Below are positions 38,701 through 50,400 of a stretch of 64,000 nt of DNA, in pieces. The number at the start of each line of letters is the position of its first letter. Within the stretch, counting starts at the first letter, position 1. The notes under the pieces are model-generated. The model had not been told where the DNA came from. It saw only the letters and a program-made list of their open reading frames with translations, and searched no databases. The position numbers and the translations under genes were made by a program. The DNA is from Glaucostegus cemiculus. Taxonomy: Eukaryota. The stretch lies in assembly GCA_976551045.1 (NCBI GenBank), contig CDPCPM010000060.1, positions 22,382,001-22,446,000 on the forward strand, read 5' to 3'.

Positions 38701-41039
38701 AATATTTTACCCCCCCATTTAACCCGCCCACATTTTCTTCCCCTTGGAGCAGACTCGATGGGCCGAATGGCCTACTTCTGCTCCCTTGTCTTGCAATCTT
38801 GTGAAAATAGAAAGAGAAAGTGCTGGGAATATTCAGCATGTTAAACAGCATCTGTGGAGAGAGAAATCAAGTTGGTATTTTTTTCAGGTCAATTACCATA
38901 CAACACAACTTGCAGAACTGTCAGGCTAATGTGTGTGAAACTAGCAGTACTCCCTCTTTCCTGATGCAAGATGCTGTTTGTTTTCATCAACGTATTAATA
39001 TGTTAGCATTAATGAGTCAGCAATACAGATAAATGTGCATTAAGTACAGAACTCAAAAATAAATAGAATAACGTCTACCTCTTTGATCATAATCTGCAAA
39101 ACATTACACAAAAGCAAATCACAAAATATGTTCTGTCATGTTAATGCTCCATGCTGTAGTGGATTTGAGCTTGAATCACCTTTTCTCATCTGCTCATACA
39201 ATGGTGGAGGCTATTCGGCCCATTGAATCTATGTTGTCTCTCAGCGAAAACCCATCAATTCCATTCTCTCCCACTTATTTCCCACTTATTCTCCCTCACA
39301 CATCCACCAACACGACCATGATTCCCACACTGCCCACCTACACTAGGGGTAGTATGCAGTAGCCAATTGACTTAACAACCGAGCAGATCTACAGAACGTG
39401 GGAGGAAACCCAGTTGGTGAAAAGGAGAACATCAAGTTCCACACAGACAACCACAAAAGAAGGGAACAAAAGTACACGAATTTGTATAAGGAAATTTCCA
39501 GCTCCACTTTCAACAAAATTGTTGGAGGAGAGAGGAAAAACTTACTTTTGCAATATGACATTTTGCTTTTCACTTTTCGGTATATTTGCTTTTGGATTAA
39601 TGAGTATAAAGCAACATATTACTGTTATATTTAACTAAAGTGGATAACCTACCTCACTTATATTAACTTGTGAATGCAGACACCCTGATATAAATATGCA
39701 TGATGCAGTTCAGTGCAATTAAAGATTCTAAAATTAGATGTCAAAAATAAGTCTTTTTCTGTGAAAAAGGTGGTTAAACCTGATGTAATGTTTTGCAGAT
39801 TTATTGTGTTTTTTTTATACCGCCCACTCCAGTGCAACATTTTCATACCAGTTGTGGTTACGTTGCCCCTAGCGCTAACAAGTAGTACAGAAATTCCTGT
39901 GTGTACAGGAAGCAACTACTTAAAATTTGCTTTGTGCAGGGACGGTTCTCTCCCCGTTGCTCCAGGCTATACTTCCTTCAGCAGCTGTGAGCAGTACAGC
40001 TTGTATCCTTTCCCGGAACTGGTAGAATAACTCTTTTTCTCCTGACAAAAATTTATTTCAATGATAATAGTTAATCAAGCATGCAGCATTTATTTAAATT
40101 ACAAGAGTGTTGAGGAGTATTTTCATGCCTTTTTTCTTGAAGTATTGTACTTCATTTTTAAAAAAATTTTGACACAGAGAAGACTTTCAAAGTTAACAGA
40201 AGAAAACCACAAGAATGTCCTGGTGAAGCAGCTGGAGGAGGAAGCCCACTGCCTTCTCATATGCTGCGGGAGGAAAGAACGCGGAGGTCTTTCAGAAGAA
40301 TATGCAGAAAGGATTAGCTGAAGTCGTGGGCGAGGAGGCACGTGTGGAGCACAAACACTCGCAGAGACTGGTTGGGCTGAATGGCTTTTATGTATGCTGT
40401 AAATTCTATGTAATTTTATATAATTCTATGTCTCCACTTCGACTCTTGCATGCAATAGTGTTCCATGACCTCTGCCTCTAAACAATCTCTTCAAGACTGG
40501 GAAGTGGCATTTAGAGGCCAAAAGGTGACAAAGTTTATATATTAAAACAATAAGTCAGGAATCTGAAAATATTCAAGTGCCTTCTTTATTATAAATACAG
40601 GACAGTACAGTGCACTTTGGAACCCAGTGTGTTGTAGGAAACTTGAAAACCTATTTGCAGCCAGCAAGATCCTAAAAACAGCAAAACAGTGGTAATGAGG
40701 TAGAACTTAAATCTTCAGTTAATAATGTTAAATGTGCAAGAGTATTAGCAATCTCTCCATATCTGTTTCCATTGAAGTTAATGGAAGGAACGTGCAGAGA
40801 TGTTAAGAGCTAATGAGACAGAAAAGACTGCAGATGCCGGAATCTGGAACAGAAAAAAAGGAACAGGATCCAGGATCTTGACCTGAAACTTCGACTTACA
40901 CCTTTTGCCTCCACAGATGCTGCTTGACTTGCTGAGTTCTTCCAGTGTTCTGTTAATTATAACTGTTGGCTGGTAACTTTGCCCATGTATAGCACTAGTA
41001 ACTAGATTAAAAGCTCTCTCCCCTGATCTGTTTTAGATA

Positions 41040-41280
41040 TTAAAGGATAAAGCTTGGCCAGGTCATGAGGTGACTTATCATCCTTTTTGAAATAACTCAT
41101 TGAGGTTCTTTACCTGAGAAAGGAGATATGATTCTTGTTTAATGTCTCACTTGAAGGACAGCGCCTCCAACAGTACAGCGTTCCATCAGTGGTGCACCAA
41201 AGCATCAAGCGTGAACCTGAGCTCAGATCTCTCAAAGGGGCGTGAGCCCCTGGGTCGGAGACGAGAGTTCCACAAGAGTG
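41040..41280 (-). mobile_element. DeuSINE/SacSINE-like ancient SINE remnant; related pieces at about 6230-6720 and 41730-42075
   Basis: tttaatgtctcacttgaaggacagcgcctccaacagtacagcgttccatcagt is the reverse complement of the Deu-domain sequence as remembered (ctgagggagtgctgcactgt.ggaggtgc.gtcttt.ggatgagac.ttaaa). Confidence 0.6.
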
Positions 41281-42351
41281 AATTGCCTTACATTGATAAC
41301 GGTCTGAAATTGGTCGCTTTACTCCTGGTTTTGGGATTTACAGTAATGTGCAACTTAACAGCATTAATACTTCTGCTGGCTAGAATAACCTTTCATCAAG
41401 GAACTTAATTTCAGAAAAAACAATTATCCTACTACAACATGTGGAAATTATTACAGCTGCAGTATTGGTTTGCATCTACAACCTCCTTGGATTTCCAGGG
41501 GTTCTTATGTTAGCCATATTGTTATAGGAAAGTACTAAGAAAAGGAGCCAGGTGTTTCTCAGTTTGAAAGTGAGAGTCAAGTCATTAAGTGGTGTGTGTT
41601 GATACCAGTATATACTCAGGTTTCCGAGGTAAAGCAGCAATAATGCTGGCTTGGAAAAGTCCATTCATCTGCACAGCACTTACTTGCATTGAATATAAGA
41701 GCAAGGAATGGAAGAAAAGTGGAAATAAAGATTTTGGTTTATGTAGAACCTTTCACACCCTTAGAAAATCCCAAAACAATTTCAACAAAAAGAGTATTTT
41801 CCAAGTGTAGTGTCTGTTCAAAAATATAAAAAAGCACCTGCAAATTTATGCACAACAAAGTCCTTCAAACAACAATGCAACATTGACGAGATCGTTTGTT
41901 TTTTTATAATTTTTGCTTAAGGGATAAGAGTTGGCCAAATGGTACTATAAGATCGTTTACAAACCCTTGGAAGCACAGACAGAACTATACCTCATCCGTA
42001 AAACGAGACCTTTGACATTGCAGCACACCTTCTGTATTGGTGTCAGCTGAGAACATAGGCTCAATCTCCTGATATGGTTCCTTAATCTTCTTCTATAGTG
42101 TCAAGACAGTGCATAATAATATCAGTGATGTTCTCCAGATTTACCTAGTGTGTAAATGTTATTTATTAAACTGGATTTACCAGAAGCTTAAAAAATAAAC
42201 AGCATATTTCTGGTATGGTTCACGGTTAAAGTATAAGTTAGAATGATAAAATAATTAAAGTTTGTTCATCTTTCATCTTCCAAGATGACAGCCAGGACAC
42301 TATTGAATTTTGTGCAGGCAGCTCTTTCTGGAACAACGAGACTGATTTTTT

Positions 42352-42633
42352 TGTGTAGTGTGACGGTCAGTGTAACACTATTTCAGCGTCAGCGACCCAG
42401 GTTCAATTCCGGCCACTGTCTGTCAGGAGTTTGAATGTCCTCCCCGTGCCTGCGTGAGTTTCCTCCGGGTGCTCCGGTTTCCTTCCACATTCCAAAGATG
42501 TCCAGGTTAGGAAGTTGTGGACATGCTATGTTGGCACTGGAAGCGTGGCGACACTTGCGGGCTGCCCCCAAGAACACACTACGCAAAAGATGCATTTCAC
42601 TGTGTGTTTCGATGTACATGTGACTAATAAAGA
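42352..42633 (+). mobile_element. SINE type A
   Basis: B box ggttcaattcc, V-like core, type A tail. Confidence 0.88.
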
Positions 42634-42859
42634 TACACACAGAGTGCCCAGTGGATTTTGTTACACCAATTTGAGGATCAATTTATTCATGTCTACCTCG
42701 ACTGGCTTTTCTTTCATCATCAGCAAGGTGATAGATTCCAAGCAGGAGATGTTATCATGATTGGTTTGTTTATCTTGAACATGTCATTCTCATTTTGCAC
42801 CATGTCTCAGTGTAGCTTTCCAGTTGCATTTAAAGCTTTTATTTTTAACTGACCACAAA

Positions 42860-43259
42860 ATCACTTTACATCATAAAAGATCTTCTTTGTGAATTGTCCA
42901 CCAGATATTCACAGCCAGCAGACGTAGAGTTGCAATCCAAGAATCTAATGCTTGGCCTGTCGGCCTTTTTAAGAACTACAGCATCAGTGAACTTGTTTTG
43001 CCATCTGATTGTCATTAGTTTCCTCGTACAGCTGAGGTGATCGTGATTCAGTTTCTTAATGTGGTGTGCACGTGTTGTCCAGGTTCCACAGCCACAAAGC
43101 AAGGTTGTCAGAAAGACAGCCATCCACACTTTGAACTTTGCCTGCAAGCTGATGCCTGATTGTCTCAGAGATGTTCATGGAGTTTACCAAATGCTAACTC
43201 GACCCTAACAACAATCTGCCATGAATATCAGCCTTCAAAAGATAGTTGCACCCTTCTAA
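42860..43259 (-). mobile_element. Degraded RTE (BovB-like) LINE fragment, split by the CR1 insertion and probably continuing to about 47520
   Basis: Minus strand gives LAFGKL...GISLQAKFKVWMAVFLTTLLCGCGTWT...HHIKKLNHDHLSCTRKLMTIRWQNK...VLKKADRPSI, resembling the RTE motif LLYGxETWT...HLSCLRKILxIxWQDK. Confidence 0.8.
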
Positions 43260-43267
43260 GGTCAAAG

Positions 43268-44242
43268 ATGGACAGTCAGGGGGAGGACAGGCTTGTATGC
43301 TGTAGCTGCTTGATGTGGGAGGTCGTGGACCGTACTGCGGTCCACACTGACTACATCTGCAGCAAGTGTGTGTGGCTGGAGGAACTTCGGCTCAGAGTTG
43401 TTGAGCTGGAGTCGCAGCTGCAGACACTGCGCAGCATACGGGAGGGAGAGAGCTATGTTGATACGGTTCATCAGGAGACAGTCACCCCCCTTAGAGCAGA
43501 CTCTTCTGTAGCTCAGGTATCAGACAGAATGGTGACTGTCAGGGGAGAGAAGAGGAAGAAGAAGGCAGACAAGCGGGTAGAGCAGGGCACCCTGGGGGCT
43601 GTTCCCCTCAGTAACAGGTTTTCAACTTTGGAAACTGTGGAGGGGGATAGCCTGCAGGGACCAAGCACAAGTACCCAGGTCACTGGCACCATGACCAGTA
43701 CTACTGCTCAGATGGGGAAGAAGGTGAAGAGTAATGTAGTGGTGATAGGGGACTCGATAGTCAGGGAAACAGATAGGAGATTCTGTGGAAGTGATCATGA
43801 ATACTGGATGGTATGTTGCCTCCCTGGTGCCAGGGTCCAGGATATTACTGATCGGGTTCCCCGGATTCTCAATCGGGAGGGAGAGCAGCCAGTAGTCGTG
43901 GTTCATGTTGGTACCAACGACATAGGTAGAAAGAGGGATGAGGTCCTGCAAGGTGAGTTCAGGGAGCTAGGCAGAAAGCTGAAGACCAGGACCTCAAGGG
44001 TAGTAATCTCTGGATTACTCCCGGTGCCACGTGATAGGGAAGTTAGGAACAGGGAGAGGAGGCAGTTAAATACGTGGCTGAGAGAGTGGTGCAGGGCAGA
44101 GGGATTTAGATTTTTGGATAATTGGGATCTATTCTGGGGAAGGTGGAACCTGTACAGAGAGGACGGGTTACACCCCAACCGGTGGGGGGCAAATATCCTG
44201 GCAACACGTTATGCTTGGTTGGTTGATGAGTGTTTAAACTAG
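43268..44242 (+). CDS. CR1 ORF1p (zinc finger, coiled coil, SGNH/GDSL esterase-like domain), 324 aa
   Basis: CCSC...CSKC zinc finger; LEELRLRVVELESQLQTL heptads; LSNRF motif; VIGDSIVR, VHVGTND and DGLHPN esterase blocks. ATG at 43268; the upstream part of the listed ORF is flanking RTE DNA. Confidence 0.9.
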   Translation: MDSQGEDRLVCCSCLMWEVVDRTAVHTDYICSKCVWLEELRLRVVELESQLQTLRSIREGESYVDTVHQETVTPLRADSSVAQVSDRMVTVRGEKRKKKADKRVEQGTLGAVPLSNRFSTLETVEGDSLQGPSTSTQVTGTMTSTTAQMGKKVKSNVVVIGDSIVRETDRRFCGSDHEYWMVCCLPGARVQDITDRVPRILNREGEQPVVVVHVGTNDIGRKRDEVLQGEFRELGRKLKTRTSRVVISGLLPVPRDREVRNRERRQLNTWLREWCRAEGFRFLDNWDLFWGRWNLYREDGLHPNRWGANILATRYAWLVDECLN

Positions 44243-47200
44243 TTGGGATGGGGGTTGGGAACCAGGAGGGCTGGTCAGAGGATGTAGGGATTACAGAAAA
44301 GGCAGATCTGACAAATGGAGTTGCTTTGAGGAAGGAGAAGCAGTGTACAGGCAGTAATAGTAAAAAGGTGGATAAACTAAACAGGCAAGGCAAGGGAAAC
44401 CAACATGGCTTAAAGGAGGAGGTATGCAGGATTATGTCGACGTGTACTGAAGATGGAGAGGAGTTGCATCAAGCAGGTGATGAGGCTTTGGGGAGGGAGG
44501 GGCAGGATGAGGGCTATAAAAGGGTTAAATTGGATGGGTTAAAGTGTGTTTACTTTAATGCGAGAAGTGTTCGGAATAAGGGTGATGAATTGAGGGCTTG
44601 GATAGGTATGGGGGATTATGATATTGTAGCCATAACTGAGACGTGGCTGTCGTCAGGGCAGGAGTGGGTATTGAACATTCCTGGTTTTCAGTGTTTTAAA
44701 AAGGATAGGGAGGGGGGGAGAAGAGGAGGAGGGGTGGCGATATTGGTCAGGGATGATGTTACGGCTGCGGAAAGGGCTGAGTTTGCGGAAGGATCCTCTT
44801 TCGAGTCGGTGTGGGTGGAAGTGAGGAATAGGAAAAGTGTGGTTACGCTGCTGGGAGTATACTATAGGCCCCCAGGTAGCAGTAGGGATATAGAGGAGTA
44901 GATTGGCAGGCAGTGCTTGGACAGAAGCAAAGATAATAGGGTTGTAATAATGGGTGATTTCAACTTCCCGAATATAGACTGGGACATGCTCAGTGCCAGA
45001 GGTTTGGATGGGAATGAGTTTGTTAAGTATGTCCAGGATGGATTTCTGGAGCAGTATGTTGACAAACCGACTAGAGGGAATGCTGTGTTGGATCTGGTCT
45101 TAGGAAATGAACCGGGACAGGTGAGAGATCTACTAGTGGGTGAGCCTCTGGGAGACAGTGATCATTCCTCGATAAGCTTTAGAATTGTCATGGACAGGCA
45201 TAAGTGCAGGGAGCGTAGGAAGATATTCAATTGGGGTAGGGCAGACTATGAGGCTATAAGGAAAGAGCTTGGGAGTGTAAATTGGGAAGTCCTTTTTGAG
45301 GGGATGTGTACTGTAGAGATGTGGACGTTGTTCAGGGATGTTTTACAGGATGTTGGGGACAGATATGGTCCGGCAAGACGGAGGAAGAATGGAATAGTGA
45401 AGGAACCGTGGGTGACAAGAGAGGTAGAAAGACTGGTTAGGAGGAAGAAGGAGGCTTACGTAAGGTGTAAGTGGCAAGGCTCTGATGTGGCCCGTGAGGA
45501 GTATAGTATAGTGAGAAGGGAACTTAAGAAAGAGCTGAGCAGAGCTAGAAGGGGACATGAAAAGATGTTGGCTCGTAGGGTTAAGGAAAATCCCAAGGCT
45601 TTTTTCTCTTATGTGAAGGGCAGAAGGATGACTAGGGTAAAGGTAGGGCCTATTAAGGACAAAGGTGGGAGGATGTGCCTGGAGGCGGCAGAGGTAGGGG
45701 AGGTACTTAATGAATACTTCTCCTCTGTATTCACCAAGGAGAGGGGCCTTGATGATGTGACAGTATGTGCTGACAAGGGTAATGTTCTTGAGTATGTAGC
45801 TATAGAGAGGGAGGAGGTGATGAAATTGTTAAGTAGTATCAAGACTGATAAGTCTCCGGGGCCCGATGGAATATTCCCCAGGCTGCTTCGGGAAGCGAGG
45901 GAGGAGATTGTTGATCCGCTGGTGAGGATCTTTGAGTCCTCGTTGTCCACGGGGATGGTGCCGGAGGATTGGCGAGTAGCGGATGTTGTTCCCTTGTTTA
46001 AGAAGGGCAGTAGAGATAGTCCGGGAAATTACAGACCGGTGAGCCTCACGTCTGTGGTAGGTAAGCTGTTGGAAAGGATTTTGAGGGACAGGATGTATGA
46101 GCACTTGGAGAGTCATGGACTGATTAGGGACAGTCAGCATGGCTTTGTGAAGGGAAGATCTTGCCTCACGAGCCTGATAGAGTTCTTTGAGGAGGTGACG
46201 AGGAAGCTTGATGAAGGCAGGGCGGTGGATGTAGTGTATATGGATTTTAGTAAGGCGTTTGATAAGGTTCCTCATGGCAGGCTTCTTCAGAAGGTCAGAG
46301 GTCGAGGTATCCAGGGGAGGTTGGCTGTGTGGATAAGAAATTGGCTTACCTGTAGAAGGCAGAGGGTTATGGTGGAGGGAGTGCCTTCGGATTGGAGGGC
46401 TGTGACTAGTGGAGTCCTGCAGGGATCGGTTCTGGGGCCTCTACTCTTTGTTATATTCATAGATGATTTGGATGAAGGAGTGGAGGGATGGGTTGGTAAG
46501 TTTGCAGATGACACCAAGATCGGTGGTGTGGTAGATAGTGTGGAGGACTGTAGGAGCTTACAGGGGGATATTGATAGGATGCAGAAATGGGCTGACAGGT
46601 GGCAGATGGAGTTTAATCCGGAGAAGTGTGAGGTGGTGCACTTTGGGAGGACAAACTCCAGGACAGAGTATAAGGTAAATGGTAAGGTTCTTGGCAGTGT
46701 AGAGGAGCAGAGGGATCTGGGGGTTCATATCCACAGTTCACTCAAAGTTGCCTCGCAGGTGGATAGGGCTGTTAAGAAGGCTTATGGGATGTTGGCTTTT
46801 ATAAATAAAGGGATTGAGTTCAAGAGCAGAGAGGTGATGATGCTGCTTTACAAAACTCTAGTTAGGCCGCACTTGGAATATTGTGTTCAGTTTTGGTCGC
46901 CGCATTATAGGAAGGATGTGGAGGCGTTGGAGAGGGTGCAGAGGCGTTTTACCAGGATGATGCCTGGATTGGAGGGTATGGAATATAAAGAGAGGCTTAA
47001 GGTGCTAGGGCTCTACTCATTAGAGAGGAGGAGGATGAGAGGGGACTTGATAGAGGTGTTTAAGATATTGAGAGGAATAGATAGAGTTAATAGTCAGCGC
47101 CTCTTTCCCAGAGCGCAGATGCTCAAGACGAGAGGGCATGCCTTTAAGATAATAGGTGGAAAGTATAGGGGAGATGTCAGAGGGAAGTTTTTCACCCAGA

Positions 47201-47331
47201 GAGTGGTTGGTGCATGGAATGCACTGCCTGGGGTGGTAGTGGAGGCAGATACGTTGGACAGGTTTAAGAGATTGTTGGATAAGCACATGGAAGAATGTGG
47301 AATAGTAGGATATGAGGGTGGAAAGAGTTAG
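44230..47331 (+). pseudogene. CR1 ORF2 (AP endonuclease plus reverse transcriptase) interrupted by one in-frame TAG at 44899-44901
   Basis: ORFs 44230-44901 and 44917-47331 share a frame. APE motifs: YFNARS, AITETW, GGGV, YYRPP, MGDFN, LDL, SDH. RT motifs: KSPGPDG, NYRPVSL, QHGF, DFSKAFD, QGSVLGP, KFADD. Confidence 0.93.
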
Positions 47332-47385
47332 TTTGGGAGATGTTGTAGGATGGCACAGCTTGATGGGCCGAAGGGCCTGTTCTGT

Positions 47386-47424
47386 GCTGTATTGTTCTAT
47401 TGTTCTATTGTTCTATTGTTCTAA
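47386..47424 (+). repeat. CR1 3' terminal octamer microsatellite (TTCTATTG)n
   Basis: Sequence ctgtattgttctattgttctattgttctattgttcta. Confidence 0.9.
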
Positions 47425-50400
47425 CCACCCCCTCTGAAGGGACTGTCTATCATAAGCATGAACATCAGGCCAGGGACAGGTTCACCTACCAGTCCAGAAA
47501 TTTATATCCCAGTACAAACATCCTGCTCTACACTTAGGCCTTGAATAATTCACTTTACATTATTTGTTCAATAAAGGAATTATTAAAGGTTAAAAACTTT
47601 TATTAGAGTTTGTCAAAAAACAAATATTTTGTTATTAAATTTCAGTCTCTATCAAGCACAACTAAATTGAAATAATAGAAACAGAAATTTAGAATAAGAC
47701 TGGGTTATGTAGTCCTTTGGGACTGCTCCATCATTCAACCCCATCATGGCCAGAAGTGGTTGAGGCAGGTACATTAACAATATTTAAAAGACATGGACAG
47801 ATACCTGGACAGGAAAGGTTCAGAGGGATACGTGGGCAAATAGGACTAGCTTAGATGGGCATCTTGGTCAGCATGGAGCAGTTGGGCTGAAGGGTCTGTT
47901 TCCACTCTCTATAACTCTATCCCTGCCTGTGCCCTGCTCCTGCTCTCTCTCTATGTCCCTTGATTCTCTTCTTCGAATCACTTCCTTAAAATCAGTCATT
48001 AAAGCAACTGCAGGCTAGGCCAGGCTTTCTCTTAATTACTTTCAGATAATTGCTAATCTTTTGTCCTTTGCTCCATTGCCCCCAAAACGTTTAGTCATCC
48101 GGTCTTTTTCATCACTGTCATTTCTCTGACCCACGCAAACCACCGATAATTGGGATTGGTCAGTGGTCCACAGGAATGTTTTGAAAGCTATGTGTGACAT
48201 ACTTAAAGCAGAATGAACTTAAAAAATCCTAAATTCTTCAAGTGGGATGTCCCAGATTGGGTTGGCCATTGAGGATATACGTATGTTTTCTGGTTTTATT
48301 CATTAAGAATTCAGTATCATTGTTGGATGTACTGCTGTTAAATATTACTAACAATCATCAGCATTAAGAAGTAAGCAGATTGAATAAATCAGGGATTTCT
48401 TTTCCTGCTCAGGTCTCTTGTTTAAATTAATTTTAGCTGCTTACTTAGATCAGTTATAATTAAGGCTCCACCAATATATCATGCCTTCCCTTGAAATCTG
48501 GTTTTTACCATCCATTCATGAAATAATATTAAACTGATCTAAATCTTCAACATGATATATCATTGAAACCACTAACTGTACCTTGTAACAGTAAGAACAG
48601 GAAAGAATCAAGAATTGTTCTACACCACACATCCTTCCTGTTGTTTTCTGTTAGGATAAAGGGGGGGGGGTGGATGAAATGGTGTCTTCAGAAACTAAGC
48701 CATATGGAATCCAGTAAATTATATCGTTTTATTAGTCCCTCTGGAATTAATTTGTGCCTCCCACTACCCAATTTTGTAAGCCTTCCAAAAGGCTGGTTAA
48801 TGACACCTCTCTGTGGATGTGTTTGTAATTTAAAGGGGCAGTGTTACGGGCAAGATATTTCTGCACACAGCCAGCAGTCAATTCATAGTAGCACAGACAA
48901 CAGAAGAAATGTGAGTCTGTCACAACTATTACAACCAAATTGTTGTTGGACAGTTTGAAAGATGTGTTCTTCATAATGAAGCTTTCATGTGAACCTCATA
49001 TCTTTTGAAACCACCCAAAATCCTCGTCATTGTTAAAACTGGATTCACGTTTCCACCAGCATCCACGATACTCTCAACGGACTCTTTTTTTTGTATACAA
49101 TAGCTGAGGTATGCAAGTCTTTCAGATTTATGAGGGCAACCAGCAATGTAATAGTCCCGTATGAATTTGATACCATAATATCATATTAAATTGTGTTTAG
49201 TACCATTGATGTGAAAGATGTGTTGATGGATTCAATACACATCAATGTGCCAATAAGTAATCATCTGAGCACATCAAAAAGTTGAAATGCTGACAGGGAT
49301 ATGAGATTTGTTCCAGCCTTTTGTTCTTTAAAACTGTAAATCTGTAGTCGAGGAGAGGATATGGGCTCTGGATCGATTGTGACAAAATGTCCTCAGCCAA
49401 GACCACTGTTTGAAGTCACATTGTGTTTAATGATTTTCCTCTCTTTATTCTGTGATTCTCACGTTTTTTTTAAGGTATGACAGAGGATAAGTGAACCAAT
49501 GTCGGCGTCGTCACCCAGGACAACACCACCACGGCGGCCCTGGTTACTCTTTGAACTAAGTTGGCCAGGCCACGTCATTAGTTTGCTCAACACCAAATTC
49601 CCAAAACAGACACTCTGTCATGGGAGTGGGTTACTAAACAGGCAGAAAACATTGAGGAGACACGGGCCAGAGATTCTCAGGAGTTGATGGGGATGTTGCA
49701 CTTCTTCAAGGAGTCTGATAATCTCCTCCCCGACAGAGATTAGAATAGAGGGTCTGCTTTGCCAGTCTGTGAATGATATGGCTAGCCCAATATAACTGAG
49801 TGAGAGCATCTAAGGCTTCAGTGCCGGGGGATGATGGAACATTGATTCACATATCCCTCAAGGAAATTTGGAGCATCTTGTGCAGAGAGCATAGGTGGTA
49901 TTTTCTCAGTGCATTGAGGTGGCTGTTGTAGATATCTGTATACATAAAGCATCACTTAACTGAATGACTGTTAAAATCTCGACATTATAGGCCATGTATC
50001 TTATTGAAATTCAATGCAAGTATTGATAACATATCCCAAAATGCAGGAAAATTTTTCAAAGGCCACCAATATTTTATTCTGCAATAAACAGGTTTGTTAA
50101 AAATTGTCTCAATGTGGATTTAAAAAAGTATAAATAAAGGAAAACTCATATAGTTCCTAGCATCAGTCAGGAGACTTTTTAAGATGGTTAATTTTATTTT
50201 AACATTGAGTTTTACTTATTCAAGTTTCTTTATATTACTGAATTTAGTTTGATTCATTGGTTCAATAAGGATCAATATTATAAGACTATATACAGTAACT
50301 GTTATAAGACTATTGAACAGTCCCCTAGTATAATAAGAATAGACTCCTAACCTCACAATCTACCTCATCACGGCCTTGCACCTTATTGTCTGCCTGCACT

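Larger units (their letters stand above)
43260..47424 (+). mobile_element. Near full-length CR1-clade LINE (5' UTR missing), young copy with a nonsense mutation
   Basis: Contains an esterase-type ORF1, an APE+RT ORF2, a short 3' UTR with the gggccgaagggcct stem-loop and a (TTCTATTG)n tail. Flanked by TTCTAA at 43254-43259 and 47419-47424. Confidence 0.96.

Noticed and set aside
43160-43267. N-terminal 36 aa of the 360-aa ORF
   Set aside because: It lies mostly outside the TSD in antisense RTE DNA and is a chance open frame. The likely start is ATG 43268.
43262-47288. Antisense ORFs inside the CR1
   Set aside because: They are shadows of the sense coding frames.
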